DNA of 35,478 nt from a virus: positions 1 through 35,478 of the IMG/VR virus record IMGVR_UViG_3300045988_136057, one strand, 5' to 3'. Positions 1 through 9,187 of this stretch are shown piece by piece (within the stretch, counting starts at the first letter, position 1; every line of letters begins with the position of its first letter). A model generated the notes under the pieces. It ran no database searches. It was not told the DNA's origin and saw nothing but the letters and a program-made list of their open reading frames with translations. Made by a program: the position numbers and the translations under genes.

Positions 1-55
1 CCCAGCGTAAATCTAAAGTCATACTGTGATAGCCAGTTTTAAAGTCATGAGTAAC
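1..55. repeat. 55-bp terminal direct repeat, identical to 35424..35478 (circular-assembly overlap or terminal redundancy)
   Basis: Direct comparison: cccagcgtaaatctaaagtcatactgtgatagccagttttaaagtcatgagtaac occurs at both window ends. Confidence 0.95.
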
Positions 56-1033
56 ACTACTCACCTGCATATAGTTATTGACAATAACGTCCCCAAAGTT
101 CTTTTTGACGTACACCATAGAGCCGCCTCTAACCCTAACATCGCCTATGACGTTATTGAGTTTTATCTCCCTTGTCTTACGATTCTTAGATGAAAGTACA
201 GCCTTAGCCTCAACAGTAGCATTAATATCCTTTTCACCAGGTACTATTAGATACTGCAATCGGCCCCATTTTTTGACGCTCTCCTCGTTGACCGCTATGA
301 ACGTATTCTCTAGTTTCTTGTCCTTACCATTAGGAACAGTCCTCACGACCTTAACATAGTTATATGTATCTTTGTCAATCGATGTAGTATAGCTAATACC
401 ACCGATTACATCATCATCAATATATATATCAGTTTTCAACGACTCGAAAGACTTCAACATGATTTTTCCGTTATCATCATACAGATGATAGTATGCATGA
501 TTCGGTGTATTAATCAAGGTCTTATCTAAGAGTTGCATAATCATTTCTTGTAAAGATTTATCCTTGAATACAATCTGAGGTTTCTCCGGTGTAGTCCATA
601 CCGTATTGTCCAGCTCTCCAACTTTCAGCCCATAATCCTCGCATACGTTCTTAACGAACTCATCGGCTCTCATTGGTGTGAGAACATAGCAGTCTTTATT
701 CTTCAAGTATCGTAGCTGGTCATACGCTATCACAGAGATTACATCTAGGTTATCCCTGCTTTTCTCAAATACATAGCCTTTGAATACATTCACGCCGTTG
801 ACCTCAAATGATACTGCGTTCCCCTCTTCAAAGTTTAGATTAGGGTCTTTAGGTACTTTAAAAGTCAACTTAGAGGGCGTACAGTCTACGGCCCTAGTGA
901 GTTGAACGCCGTCAAGGACGTCTACTATATATTGTGTTTCACCGTTAAGAATTGTTAGATTGTATACAATATCTATAGGCATAGGGGCGACATTCACCGC
1001 CCCGTTGATTTTACTTTTATTATCCTCGGCCAT
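1..1033 (-). CDS. Baseplate hub / XkdQ-like (gpD / Mu gp44-like) tail protein, N-terminal part; continues across the junction into 35423..34912
   Basis: ATG at 1033 overlaps the upstream stop as TAATG. I checked every codon of this frame from 1033 to 2 and found no stop. It is the same frame as the ATG at 22 (=35445). Translation MAEDNKSKINGAVNVAPMPIDIVYNLTILNGETQYIVDVL... and its position after the LysM protein match PBSX xkdQ. Confidence 0.8.
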   Translation of the reverse strand, partial: MAEDNKSKINGAVNVAPMPIDIVYNLTILNGETQYIVDVLDGVQLTRAVDCTPSKLTFKVPKDPNLNFEEGNAVSFEVNGVNVFKGYVFEKSRDNLDVISVIAYDQLRYLKNKDCYVLTPMRADEFVKNVCEDYGLKVGELDNTVWTTPEKPQIVFKDKSLQEMIMQLLDKTLINTPNHAYYHLYDDNGKIMLKSFESLKTDIYIDDDVIGGISYTTSIDKDTYNYVKVVRTVPNGKDKKLENTFIAVNEESVKKWGRLQYLIVPGEKDINATVEAKAVLSSKNRKTREIKLNNVIGDVRVRGGSMVYVKKNFGDVIVNNYMQVSSVTHDFKTGYHSMTLDLRW

Positions 1034-1707
1034 TATTTCAGCCCCTCAGTTTTCAAACTAATAATCTGACCGGCAGCAAGAACGGCAGGAACCGCTATCT
1101 TATTAACTGCTGCTATCTTGAACAGATTGTCAGTATTACCTAGTTCTCTTTTAACTATTTGTCTGAGTGTAGCACCCTTAGAGGCTTTTACGCTCTCATT
1201 CGTGGTCTTACCCTCAACGCTACGGCTTTGTGTAACAGTACCCTTAGCCACGCCGTCTTTATCGGTCTTAATCTCGATACGTTTAGCCCCCCAGGGCTTG
1301 TATTGTTTAAGCCTAATGTTAGCGTAGGCGTCGAATCCGTTGTCAGAATCCTCATCAATAGTATAATCTTCAAGCGTTACCTTGATATTAGTCATTGATA
1401 GCATATCGCCCTTAGGTTTCATTCTAACAACGATGAACTGGAACGGCGTCCTTTGTTTCTTCAACTTTTCAAGCTGGTCTAGGTAGTAACTAGCTTTCTT
1501 AGACTTAAAAAGCATAGACTGATTGAATGGATAATCAGAGTTAGGAAGTAGGAATTTAAAGGCTATCTCAGTCAACCCAGCTGGCTTGATGATATTCACC
1601 TCACCCTTGCCTATCAGTTCTATGACCTCATTCTTACCATTAATGGTAGTCGTCATTTCCTTAGGCGGGATTGGTATCTGCATAGTACCTAAATAAAAGT
1701 AGTACAT
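1033..1707 (-). CDS. XkdP-like tail protein with C-terminal LysM-like domain
   Basis: 224-aa ORF directly after the tape measure gene. C-terminus ATLRQIVKRELGNTDNLFKIAAVNKIAVPAVLAAGQIISL resembles LysM. Gene order matches PBSX xkdO-xkdP-xkdQ. Confidence 0.7.
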   Translation of the reverse strand: MYYFYLGTMQIPIPPKEMTTTINGKNEVIELIGKGEVNIIKPAGLTEIAFKFLLPNSDYPFNQSMLFKSKKASYYLDQLEKLKKQRTPFQFIVVRMKPKGDMLSMTNIKVTLEDYTIDEDSDNGFDAYANIRLKQYKPWGAKRIEIKTDKDGVAKGTVTQSRSVEGKTTNESVKASKGATLRQIVKRELGNTDNLFKIAAVNKIAVPAVLAAGQIISLKTEGLK

Positions 1708-3710
1708 TATACCCCTACCCCCTCTCGTTTAATCATAAAGGCGTCTTTAATACCCTTAGTAATTTGTGTAGTGAATCCGTCAAGGTCTGTTCCGTTGTTA
1801 ATATCAACGTCATTATTCATTACAACATTAATCACATGGGAATCCTGCCACTTTTTGAGTGTTTTATCAATAGCGGATTCTCTCAACGCCTTAATCTCAT
1901 CTTTAGTCATACTAATAGCGTCCGCCGTACGTTTAGCCTCTTTTGCGGCCTTGCCTGTGTTCTTAGCAGTATCTTTATTAGCCTTTGTAGACTCGTCAAT
2001 CTTACTTGTATCGAACTTTAAGCCGTCCTTGCTGAGTTCCGGCATCGTAGGGAGTCCTAAGCTAGCCCCTACGTTGTAGCCATTGTCAAAGGCGTCTGTC
2101 ATGCTCATATAATCCATAGTATCCATGACTTTATATTCATTCGCTATCTCGAAACGCTGCAACATTCCTGTACTATCACCTACTTTATCGATGTTAATAC
2201 CTGGAATCTTATTTATCGCTCCGATTATGTCATTGATACGGCCTTTCACAAAGTTCCAAATACCATTCCATATATCGATGAATAAGTTCCCTACGGATTG
2301 TAGAGGGGCGTGCCATACGTTGGCAAAGAAATTCACAAACGCTGCGACGTTGTTCCATATGAATATGAACACATTCGCCACGGCCGCACCAAATGCGTAA
2401 AAGGCTCCGACGATTATTCCTAATGCACTAATATTAGTGTCAGCGAAGTAGTTGATAGCCTCGACTGCTAGGAAGAACACCACTATCACGGCAATCACAA
2501 GCCCTATAATCCATGTTAAAGGACAAGCATACAAGGCAGCATTTAAGCCCTCTTGTGCTACTATCATAGCGACTATAGCGGCCGTTTCAGCCCAGTCAGC
2601 GACTGTCTTTATTGCTAATGCTCCAGCTGCTATTAAAGAACTACCAGCGGCTATTAAAGATTGTGTAGCGAAGAACCCCATAACACCAGCTAGTATAATC
2701 ATAACCCCTTTAACAATACCGCTATGCTCTCTTAGGAACGAGAACACGCTATTAAACGCCCATATGATAGTGTTCATTGTTTCACCAATAACACCTACTA
2801 TCCAGTAGAACACAGGGGCAGCAGCTTGTATCACATCAACGATACCGTCGACGGCCGTTCTGATAGCGTCTGAGTTCGCCATATCACTTATACGTCTGAA
2901 CACAGGCTCAAATAACTTGATAGCCTTAGATTCAATCTCGGTCATATGGTCGCTCCATTTTTTAGGCATAGCCTTGAATTGCTCTTCAATCTCCGGCATA
3001 TTGTCAACTATAGCTTTCTTGATTACATCAGCCGTTACCTTCCCCTCAGAGGCTAACTTTTTGAGTTCGCCACGAGATACGCCCATAGATTTAGCTATGA
3101 TATTCTCAATCATAGGGGCGTTTTCGGCAATAGAACGGAACTCATCGCCTTGTAACTGACCGCTTGCCATTGCTTGCGTCAACTGTAACATAGCGTTTCG
3201 TTGAGCCTCTTTACTTGCACCGCCTACGATGAATAACTTTTGAATACCCTCCATGAACTCAACGGCCTCTCTAGGGTCAGGGAAAGCGTCATGAGCGGAT
3301 TGAGATAGATGAGCAACGGCCTCAGCCATTGCAAGATAGCCACCTCTAGCCCTCAATGCAGATTGATATATCATATCATTGAGTACTATAGCGTTCTGTT
3401 GACTGCCTGCGACTAGCTGCATACGGGCCTGTACACTCGCCCAATGCTCAGCAGTAGATTGTAGATTATTGATAGCGTTATGTGTAGCGGCAACCGCCCC
3501 CATAATACCATTCGCCAGCATATTGCCTACTGTACTATTCAGTACACCCCCTAAACTAAAGGATAGGCTCGTACTTGCTGCGGTTACTGCACTCATCTTA
3601 GAGTGCAACGTGTTCATCTTGTTATAAGCGTTTGTGGTCGCCGTAGCTGCTGCGTTCATAGCGTTAGGGATATTTGTCTGTAAACTTATATAGTTAGATA
3701 ATGTAGCCAT
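1707..3710 (-). CDS. Tail tape measure protein
   Basis: 667 aa, follows the chaperone pair. Has an alpha-helical Ala/Gln-rich N-terminal region and a long central block of hydrophobic helices typical of tape measure proteins. Confidence 0.85.
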   Translation of the reverse strand: MATLSNYISLQTNIPNAMNAAATATTNAYNKMNTLHSKMSAVTAASTSLSFSLGGVLNSTVGNMLANGIMGAVAATHNAINNLQSTAEHWASVQARMQLVAGSQQNAIVLNDMIYQSALRARGGYLAMAEAVAHLSQSAHDAFPDPREAVEFMEGIQKLFIVGGASKEAQRNAMLQLTQAMASGQLQGDEFRSIAENAPMIENIIAKSMGVSRGELKKLASEGKVTADVIKKAIVDNMPEIEEQFKAMPKKWSDHMTEIESKAIKLFEPVFRRISDMANSDAIRTAVDGIVDVIQAAAPVFYWIVGVIGETMNTIIWAFNSVFSFLREHSGIVKGVMIILAGVMGFFATQSLIAAGSSLIAAGALAIKTVADWAETAAIVAMIVAQEGLNAALYACPLTWIIGLVIAVIVVFFLAVEAINYFADTNISALGIIVGAFYAFGAAVANVFIFIWNNVAAFVNFFANVWHAPLQSVGNLFIDIWNGIWNFVKGRINDIIGAINKIPGINIDKVGDSTGMLQRFEIANEYKVMDTMDYMSMTDAFDNGYNVGASLGLPTMPELSKDGLKFDTSKIDESTKANKDTAKNTGKAAKEAKRTADAISMTKDEIKALRESAIDKTLKKWQDSHVINVVMNNDVDINNGTDLDGFTTQITKGIKDAFMIKREGVGV

Positions 3711-3713
3711 AGT

Positions 3714-3890
3714 CTACCCTTTCGCTTTCTGCATTTCTTCTCGTTCATCTTTTGCGTGTTGCTCGATGAACGCTATAATCACGGCTTTCTCATTTACGTC
3801 CATATTGACAAAATCAATAGGGCGTACGCCATATTTAACAAATGCGACGTACGCTATATTGGTTTCGCCGTCGGACGCTAGGAGTTTTTT
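3714..3890 (-). CDS. -1 frame extension of the tail assembly chaperone (XkzB / GT-like C-terminal segment)
   Basis: The -1 frame entered at the heptamer reads LLASDGETNIAYVAFVKYGVRPIDFVNMDVNEKAVIIAFIEQHAKDEREEMQKAKG and ends at TAG 3714..3716, just before the tape measure ATG at 3710. Confidence 0.7.
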   Translation of the reverse strand, partial: KKLLASDGETNIAYVAFVKYGVRPIDFVNMDVNEKAVIIAFIEQHAKDEREEMQKAKG

Positions 3891-4312
3891 ACCGCTCTAA
3901 CCTTTTCGTCCATGCCTACCTCAAAACCTTGAGCCTCTACAACTGCGTTTAAGAGGTCAGCATATTCACCAGGTGTCAGCATTGCTTTGACAAGTTCCAA
4001 TGGGTCATTTACGCCCCAACTATTTTGAAGTTCCATATCGTCAAGGTTAGGGTAAATGATAGATTCTAAAAGCATAGCGTCGTTGAATCCTTGACTATCA
4101 AATTTTTCACGAGTAACGCCTGTCTTACTGTCTTTAATCATCTTTGTGTAGCGGTTGCGTAACTTATCAATGACTTTATTCTGTAAGACATTGATTTTCC
4201 ATGCAACAGGCTCATCGCCTGCTTTAATGCGGTTAGAGGCAACATATTCAACTTGATTGACGATTTCAACATTATTTTTTAAAAATGCGGTTAAGTTTTG
4301 AGTATCGGACAT
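3878..4312 (-). CDS. Tail assembly chaperone (XkdN-like)
   Basis: 144-aa ORF between the tube and tape measure genes. Carries the slippery site at its 3' end. Confidence 0.8.
   Translation of the reverse strand: MSDTQNLTAFLKNNVEIVNQVEYVASNRIKAGDEPVAWKINVLQNKVIDKLRNRYTKMIKDSKTGVTREKFDSQGFNDAMLLESIIYPNLDDMELQNSWGVNDPLELVKAMLTPGEYADLLNAVVEAQGFEVGMDEKVRAVKNS
3884..3890 (-). promoter_or_regulatory. Programmed -1 ribosomal frameshift slippery heptamer A_AAA_AAC
   Basis: Minus strand reads GTA AAA AAC TCC TAG. The heptamer is in X_XXY_YYZ phase relative to the chaperone frame and sits one codon (TCC) before its stop. Confidence 0.7.
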
Positions 4313-4350
4313 GATTCTGATTCCTTTCAGTTAATAAAAATTCACATATC

Positions 4351-4380
4351 TAAAAAAGATATGCAGGCTTACGCCTGCAT
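4351..4380 (-). terminator. Intrinsic terminator/attenuator after the tail tube gene
   Basis: Minus strand ATGCAGGC-GTAA-GCCTGCAT followed by ATCTTTTTT. The tube TAA stop lies in the loop. Confidence 0.6.
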
Positions 4381-4854
4381 ACCGTCTAACTCTTTAAAGT
4401 GTTCTGCGAACTTAACGCCCTCGAAAGTAAAGGAATGTTCGCTTTCAAGGTACTTACCGTCTGCGTCAAAGTTAGCAATAGGATATTCATCAAGGTTGAC
4501 CTTTTCCAAGATTACAGTTCTAGGGCCTGCATTAGAGGTAGGGTCATCATTAGTAACTTGCATATCGAAGTATGTATCAGTACCAGTCTTGACGTACTTT
4601 TCGCACATTTCATCGAAAAGTGCTGTGTTATGGTAGATTGTAAGTTTACCTGTATAGTCTACAGAGGTAGACTTATTACCTCTAGCCATGCGGCCAAGAA
4701 TACCTACTGTTTCCTTGTTTTTCTTAGCGGTTGCGGTCAAGTTTTTCGCTTGAAATAATAGTTTTCGTGTACCATTTACTACGATGTAGCAGCTGGCAAG
4801 TTTAGCGGAGATTACGTCCCCAGCCTCCATAGTTCGGATTGCGTCTAAAGCCAT
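4369..4854 (-). CDS. Tail tube protein (XkdM-like)
   Basis: 161 aa, directly downstream of the sheath gene. Sequence and size resemble PBSX XkdM-family tube proteins. Confidence 0.85.
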   Translation of the reverse strand: MALDAIRTMEAGDVISAKLASCYIVVNGTRKLLFQAKNLTATAKKNKETVGILGRMARGNKSTSVDYTGKLTIYHNTALFDEMCEKYVKTGTDTYFDMQVTNDDPTSNAGPRTVILEKVNLDEYPIANFDADGKYLESEHSFTFEGVKFAEHFKELDGMQA

Positions 4855-4866
4855 TTATTAAGCCCC

Positions 4867-6222
4867 CTATTCTACGACTACTGTCATGTACAATTTTTCC
4901 ATTGCAACGGTAGGCTGCAAGGATACAGTAACAACAACGTCCTCTTTCTTATCACCTTGAACTGGCATTTCAATATCTTTGTCATCAAAGCCTTGAATTG
5001 CACGCACTTTTTGGTATTCCTCAGCCAAGAATACGAGGTCGCCCCATAAGGATTTACGGCCGTCTGCGTCATTCTGAGCCTTATCAAGATACGTTTTGTT
5101 GAACAAGTGAGCTGCGTCAATCGCCCAGTTATCAAGCACTCGGATTACTTGATTGTAAGAGAAGTCTACGTTTTTCTCTTTTGTGAACTCAGTAAAGGTA
5201 TTGATGTCCTTAGCCACTCGAACGTCGCCCTTGATGTTGCCACCTACTGGGTCTGTTACGATATGGAACATGAACATACCGTCTTTGATTGCTTGCTCAA
5301 TCTCATACTGCTTGTGTTTAGTATCAACAGTATATTCGCCGTTGTATACCTCATTCCCTACTGTACGATTGATAGGGCAAGCTGCCTCTTTACCAGTTAC
5401 CCAGTACGCTAAGCTGCCTTTAGGTGTAGCCTCGTCTGTAACGTCATTCAAGATACTGATAACGCCCTCATGGTTTACCTTTTTCTTGCCATGAATTACA
5501 AGCTGGAACTTAGCCCCTGTTTGGTTACGGCAACGGTCAGTAAAGTTAATCAACAAGGATTTAACTGTTTCGTCATCGCCAGCATAACCTAAGATGTTGA
5601 AGTAGTAAGGCTCAATCATATCCAAGCCGTCTTGATAATTTTGAAGTGTGATTGCACTACCATTAGAGCCACCTGTAAACGCCTTGTATGCGGTCGCTGT
5701 CAAGTTACCGGACTTAGTGAATGTTACAAAGTCATTGTCTACTAATTGAGTAGCGTCCTTTAAGCCTTTTTGAATATCTACTGTTTTACGCACGCCGTCT
5801 GTTGTAAGGTAAGTAGTTACTACGAATTTACCCGCCTCGTCTGGGTCGTTTTGTACAGAGAATCCTAAGTCATTACCTCGAACGCCTTTATATTTAGCCT
5901 TGCCTACCTCAGATGTAGCCTGCTCGCCGTCGCTATTCAAACGATAGAAATAGCCAGTCTTTAGACCGATGAATAAATCACGTAAGCCTTTCATTTTGTC
6001 ATTACCGTAGTCATAACCAAAGTACTTGCGGCAGTTCTTTTGGAACTCATCAGCGTCTACTCTAAAGACCTCACCAGCAACGCCCCAGTCAAGGTCAAGC
6101 AACATAGCACCGAAACCTCGGTCAGATACATCGGCGTATGCACGATTTTTAGATACAAAGTTAATATATGTACCTGGCATTGTTTTGTTTTTAAACAAGA
6201 AAATACCGCCACCTAAAGCCAT
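4867..6222 (-). CDS. Contractile tail sheath protein (XkdK-like)
   Basis: 451 aa. N-terminus MALGGGIFLFKNKTMPGTYINF is typical of sheath proteins. Followed by tube and chaperone genes. Confidence 0.9.
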   Translation of the reverse strand: MALGGGIFLFKNKTMPGTYINFVSKNRAYADVSDRGFGAMLLDLDWGVAGEVFRVDADEFQKNCRKYFGYDYGNDKMKGLRDLFIGLKTGYFYRLNSDGEQATSEVGKAKYKGVRGNDLGFSVQNDPDEAGKFVVTTYLTTDGVRKTVDIQKGLKDATQLVDNDFVTFTKSGNLTATAYKAFTGGSNGSAITLQNYQDGLDMIEPYYFNILGYAGDDETVKSLLINFTDRCRNQTGAKFQLVIHGKKKVNHEGVISILNDVTDEATPKGSLAYWVTGKEAACPINRTVGNEVYNGEYTVDTKHKQYEIEQAIKDGMFMFHIVTDPVGGNIKGDVRVAKDINTFTEFTKEKNVDFSYNQVIRVLDNWAIDAAHLFNKTYLDKAQNDADGRKSLWGDLVFLAEEYQKVRAIQGFDDKDIEMPVQGDKKEDVVVTVSLQPTVAMEKLYMTVVVE

Positions 6223-6229
6223 ATATTAC

Positions 6230-6463
6230 CTAGCCTTTCACGGGCGTCGTCAACGCTCGATTTAAAATAATTTCAATTTCATCATGAGAATATAATTCAT
6301 CATCATTCAAGTACAATCTGAGCAAGTCAGAGTATCGCTTGTACTTATCAGATTGAATGATTGTTAAAGCGTCAAAACGCTCTACTTCATTAGTCGTAGC
6401 CTCTACGTTTTCAGCGGTCGCCTCAACGATTTCAGCAACGTCCTCAGCTTTCTTTCTAGCCAT
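6230..6463 (-). CDS. Hypothetical small acidic protein (head-tail joining region)
   Basis: 77-aa ORF. Its start overlaps the upstream stop (ATGGCTAG). Dense same-strand packing. Confidence 0.5.
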   Translation of the reverse strand: MARKKAEDVAEIVEATAENVEATTNEVERFDALTIIQSDKYKRYSDLLRLYLNDDELYSHDEIEIILNRALTTPVKG

Positions 6464-6890
6464 TCTTTACCCTTTCATTTACATCTAAATGTTTCATATT
6501 AGGCTCTCTCTCACCTTTTAAGGTGATTATGTTAGAGTATGTAACGAAAAAGTGTAGTACCCCGTCCGTGATTCTATACTTCATCTTATCCCCTCTAATC
6601 TTGCGGCCTTTAATATCAATGTATTCAAGTACATCAAACAAGATTCTAGCCTTGTCCATGATTGCCCTTGTATCGTCAATCCGTTCCGTATCATCGTTAA
6701 AGTACATCACATCAAGGTCGATTGTATTTTCATACATTTCACCCCTATGTAATGCTAGTGTAGGCTCGATTGCCTTAATATACACACATGGGAACGTCGT
6801 ATTATTCTCTTTGTGTTCGATATGAATCGGAACGCCTAAAGCCTTATGTACGGCAGCAGCGACGCCCTCGATTATGTCAATATCAATCAT
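6456..6890 (-). CDS. Putative tail completion / tail terminator protein
   Basis: 144 aa, positioned between the HK97 gp10-like gene and the sheath gene. Call is by position only. Confidence 0.5.
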   Translation of the reverse strand: MIDIDIIEGVAAAVHKALGVPIHIEHKENNTTFPCVYIKAIEPTLALHRGEMYENTIDLDVMYFNDDTERIDDTRAIMDKARILFDVLEYIDIKGRKIRGDKMKYRITDGVLHFFVTYSNIITLKGEREPNMKHLDVNERVKNG

Positions 6891-7413
6891 TCATCAAGCC
6901 CCTTTCCTCTAACCACTTACGGATAGCAGTATTCAATACTCGTCTAGCGTTACGGTTTACCATGTCCTCGGCTTTCTCAGTCATGTATTGACCGTCAACC
7001 CAGCCTTTAACTAGCCTTCCCCCTTGCTTAACGCCGTCAACTTCCGCACCAATCCACGGTAAGAACTGCCCTATCTTTTGCCTATGACCGTCATTCAAAA
7101 AAGAGGCGTATCTTGATGTATTGTATACCTCAATGATTGCCTCTCGATTGTTGACGACTAAATGGCCGCTGGCCCAGGATTGCCGTGTACGTTCTGAGTT
7201 AAAGCGTTTTGTTTTAACCTCATTCCCCATTTTGTACTTGACGCTCCTCGGCCCGACTGGTGTATTCAATTTAGCCGTTCTGATGTAGATAGCGGCCAGC
7301 GGTTTAAGACAATCTTTTTTAAGACTCATAAGAGAATCTTTATCATCTTTAACTTTTTGCAGGCTTTCCTCAAATTTTTTGAATCCTGCAAGGTCAAACT
7401 CGATACTATTCAT
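6883..7413 (-). CDS. HK97 gp10-like head-tail joining protein
   Basis: 176 aa. The segment LAAIYIRTAKLNTPVGPRS resembles the HK97 gp10 family signature. Position is conserved. Confidence 0.65.
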   Translation of the reverse strand: MNSIEFDLAGFKKFEESLQKVKDDKDSLMSLKKDCLKPLAAIYIRTAKLNTPVGPRSVKYKMGNEVKTKRFNSERTRQSWASGHLVVNNREAIIEVYNTSRYASFLNDGHRQKIGQFLPWIGAEVDGVKQGGRLVKGWVDGQYMTEKAEDMVNRNARRVLNTAIRKWLEERGLMND

Positions 7414-7784
7414 TACCTCACCTCTAAATTCTGTAGTTGAATCTCTTGATGAGTGTCATATCGAGCAGAAACTGAGGAACTGCGAAAAAGTTGTTTCGTA
7501 TTTCGCCCTGTAACAGCCACTTCGACGCCTTTAGGTATAAATACATTAGGCGAACAGAAAAGCGTTGTATACATAGCAAATTTTGAAATTTCAGAGGGGT
7601 CGCCTATATTTGACGTCTTATAAGACAATCTACAAGGATAAGGCCCGTGATTTTCGGTACTTTTCCTTACAATCCCAGTTAAAGGGTCAATATTGTCAAC
7701 CTCGGTCGTATATGTGAATGTACAATCATACATTTTCTCTAGTTGAGCAGTTGCGGCCGCTACCATTTTATGCGTCGGTAACAT
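7413..7784 (-). CDS. Putative head closure / head-tail adaptor protein
   Basis: 123 aa, between the gp6-like connector and gp10-like genes. Call is by position. Confidence 0.5.
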   Translation of the reverse strand: MLPTHKMVAAATAQLEKMYDCTFTYTTEVDNIDPLTGIVRKSTENHGPYPCRLSYKTSNIGDPSEISKFAMYTTLFCSPNVFIPKGVEVAVTGRNTKQLFRSSSVSARYDTHQEIQLQNLEVR

Positions 7785-8122
7785 GACAATTCCTCACTTC
7801 CATAATTCATAGAGTTAGTAATGAGTTCATTCAATACATCGCCTTTAGATTTACCAGTAAAGTTGATTTGAGTATCACCCATTTTTAAAGATGTAGGCGT
7901 CTGTAGATTATCGTCCCCTACTAACTTATTGAGGTTAGCTTTGAGATATGAGCCAGCTACCCTATACACGATGACGTGTTCTAATTCTTCCGGTAGCACT
8001 TTATGATGAATATCATTAAGCACTCTTTGAGTTTCAGATTCTACCATGTATTCAAGGACAGCCTCGTCAACGTCGTCGCTATTCGTCCAATTCTCGATTA
8101 GGGTCAGAATCTTCTCTATCAT
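7760..8122 (-). CDS. gp6-like head-tail connector (DNA packaging) protein
   Basis: 120 aa. RBS AGGGGGAAG upstream of the ATG at 8122. Sequence VLEYMVESETQRVLNDIHHKVLPEELEHVIVYRVAGSYL resembles the phage gp6-like connector family. Confidence 0.65.
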   Translation of the reverse strand: MIEKILTLIENWTNSDDVDEAVLEYMVESETQRVLNDIHHKVLPEELEHVIVYRVAGSYLKANLNKLVGDDNLQTPTSLKMGDTQINFTGKSKGDVLNELITNSMNYGSEELSCYRRIKW

Positions 8123-8282
8123 TTTCTTCCCCCTTGTTTACCTTTTTAGTGCCACCTCGTTTAGTGGTCTTTTTCTCAGTACCCTCAGAATCAGATTCTT
8201 TATTTTCTGTTTCAGTAGGGTCAACATTAGAGGCCGTATTTTCAACGGCCTCGTCTCTATGACGTCTTAACAACATACCCAT
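8079..8282 (-). CDS. Hypothetical low-complexity charged protein
   Basis: 67-aa ORF with RBS AGGTGA 4 nt before the ATG. Fills the gap after the capsid gene and overlaps the next gene by 44 nt. Confidence 0.4.
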   Translation of the reverse strand: MGMLLRRHRDEAVENTASNVDPTETENKESDSEGTEKKTTKRGGTKKVNKGEENDREDSDPNRELDE

Positions 8283-8296
8283 AGTATCACCTATCC

Positions 8297-9187
8297 TTAT
8301 TTTTTGAATGTAGCTTTTACTACTTTGGATTTATTAGTCAAAGCTGCGATGTAATGTTCTGTTACTGTGATTACATTTGTACGGCTTAAAATATCACGGT
8401 CAGCCTCAACTAAAGCGTCTCGTTTCAAGTAGATTGTAACAGCTGGCAATGCTGGAGTACCGTCCTCAATTTCTGGCTCAACTTGTACGATGAAGTTGTT
8501 GAAGTTGCCAGCGTTTTCTACGATTTTACGAGATACTACTACGTTACAGCCTGCTACTTTACCGATTACACCAGTACTCATAACCTCACCACCGAATTTA
8601 TTACGGTCAATAAAGTTAGGGTCTTTTCGTAAAGTTGCCTCTTGGGCTGGAGCGATAAACAAGTATTTGATAACGCCGTCTTGTTCTTCCTCGAACTTAG
8701 CACAAGCGTCAACAATACCCTCATAAGAGATAGCAGCTGTACTTGTACTTACGAGTGTAGCACCGTTCAAAGCAGCCAATACATCATTATCAACTTTAGA
8801 GGCAATAGACGCCGCAAGTTGACGAGCAGCGTTACCTACTGGGTCGCCAAAGCCGGATAATACTGCGGAGTCAGTCAACTCTACGCCTTTACCAGCCTCT
8901 TTGATTTTGTATTTGTCAGTAGTAGCGGACATTTTTTCAACAGTCATCGCAACGCCCTCAGTAAGGTCAACTGCGTCGCCGATGTAGCCCCATACAGGAA
9001 CAGTTACCTCATCGCCAGGGATACCAACGAGGGTATTATCGATAGCTGCGATTTGAGTGAATTTGATAGCTTTAGGTAAGCCAGCTTGTACCATGTCAGC
9101 CATTACTTGTGGTTTAATAACGTCAGAACTTGTAGTCTTGCCTGCTGCGAATAATTGCAAGCCGAAAGTGAAATTTGTGTTACTCAT
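8297..9187 (-). CDS. Major capsid protein
   Basis: 296 aa immediately after the scaffold gene. Strongly biased codon usage (GTA/GCT/ACT/CGT/GAG) suggests high expression. Sequence resembles HK97-fold capsid proteins of Firmicute phages. Confidence 0.8.
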   Translation of the reverse strand: MSNTNFTFGLQLFAAGKTTSSDVIKPQVMADMVQAGLPKAIKFTQIAAIDNTLVGIPGDEVTVPVWGYIGDAVDLTEGVAMTVEKMSATTDKYKIKEAGKGVELTDSAVLSGFGDPVGNAARQLAASIASKVDNDVLAALNGATLVSTSTAAISYEGIVDACAKFEEEQDGVIKYLFIAPAQEATLRKDPNFIDRNKFGGEVMSTGVIGKVAGCNVVVSRKIVENAGNFNNFIVQVEPEIEDGTPALPAVTIYLKRDALVEADRDILSRTNVITVTEHYIAALTNKSKVVKATFKK

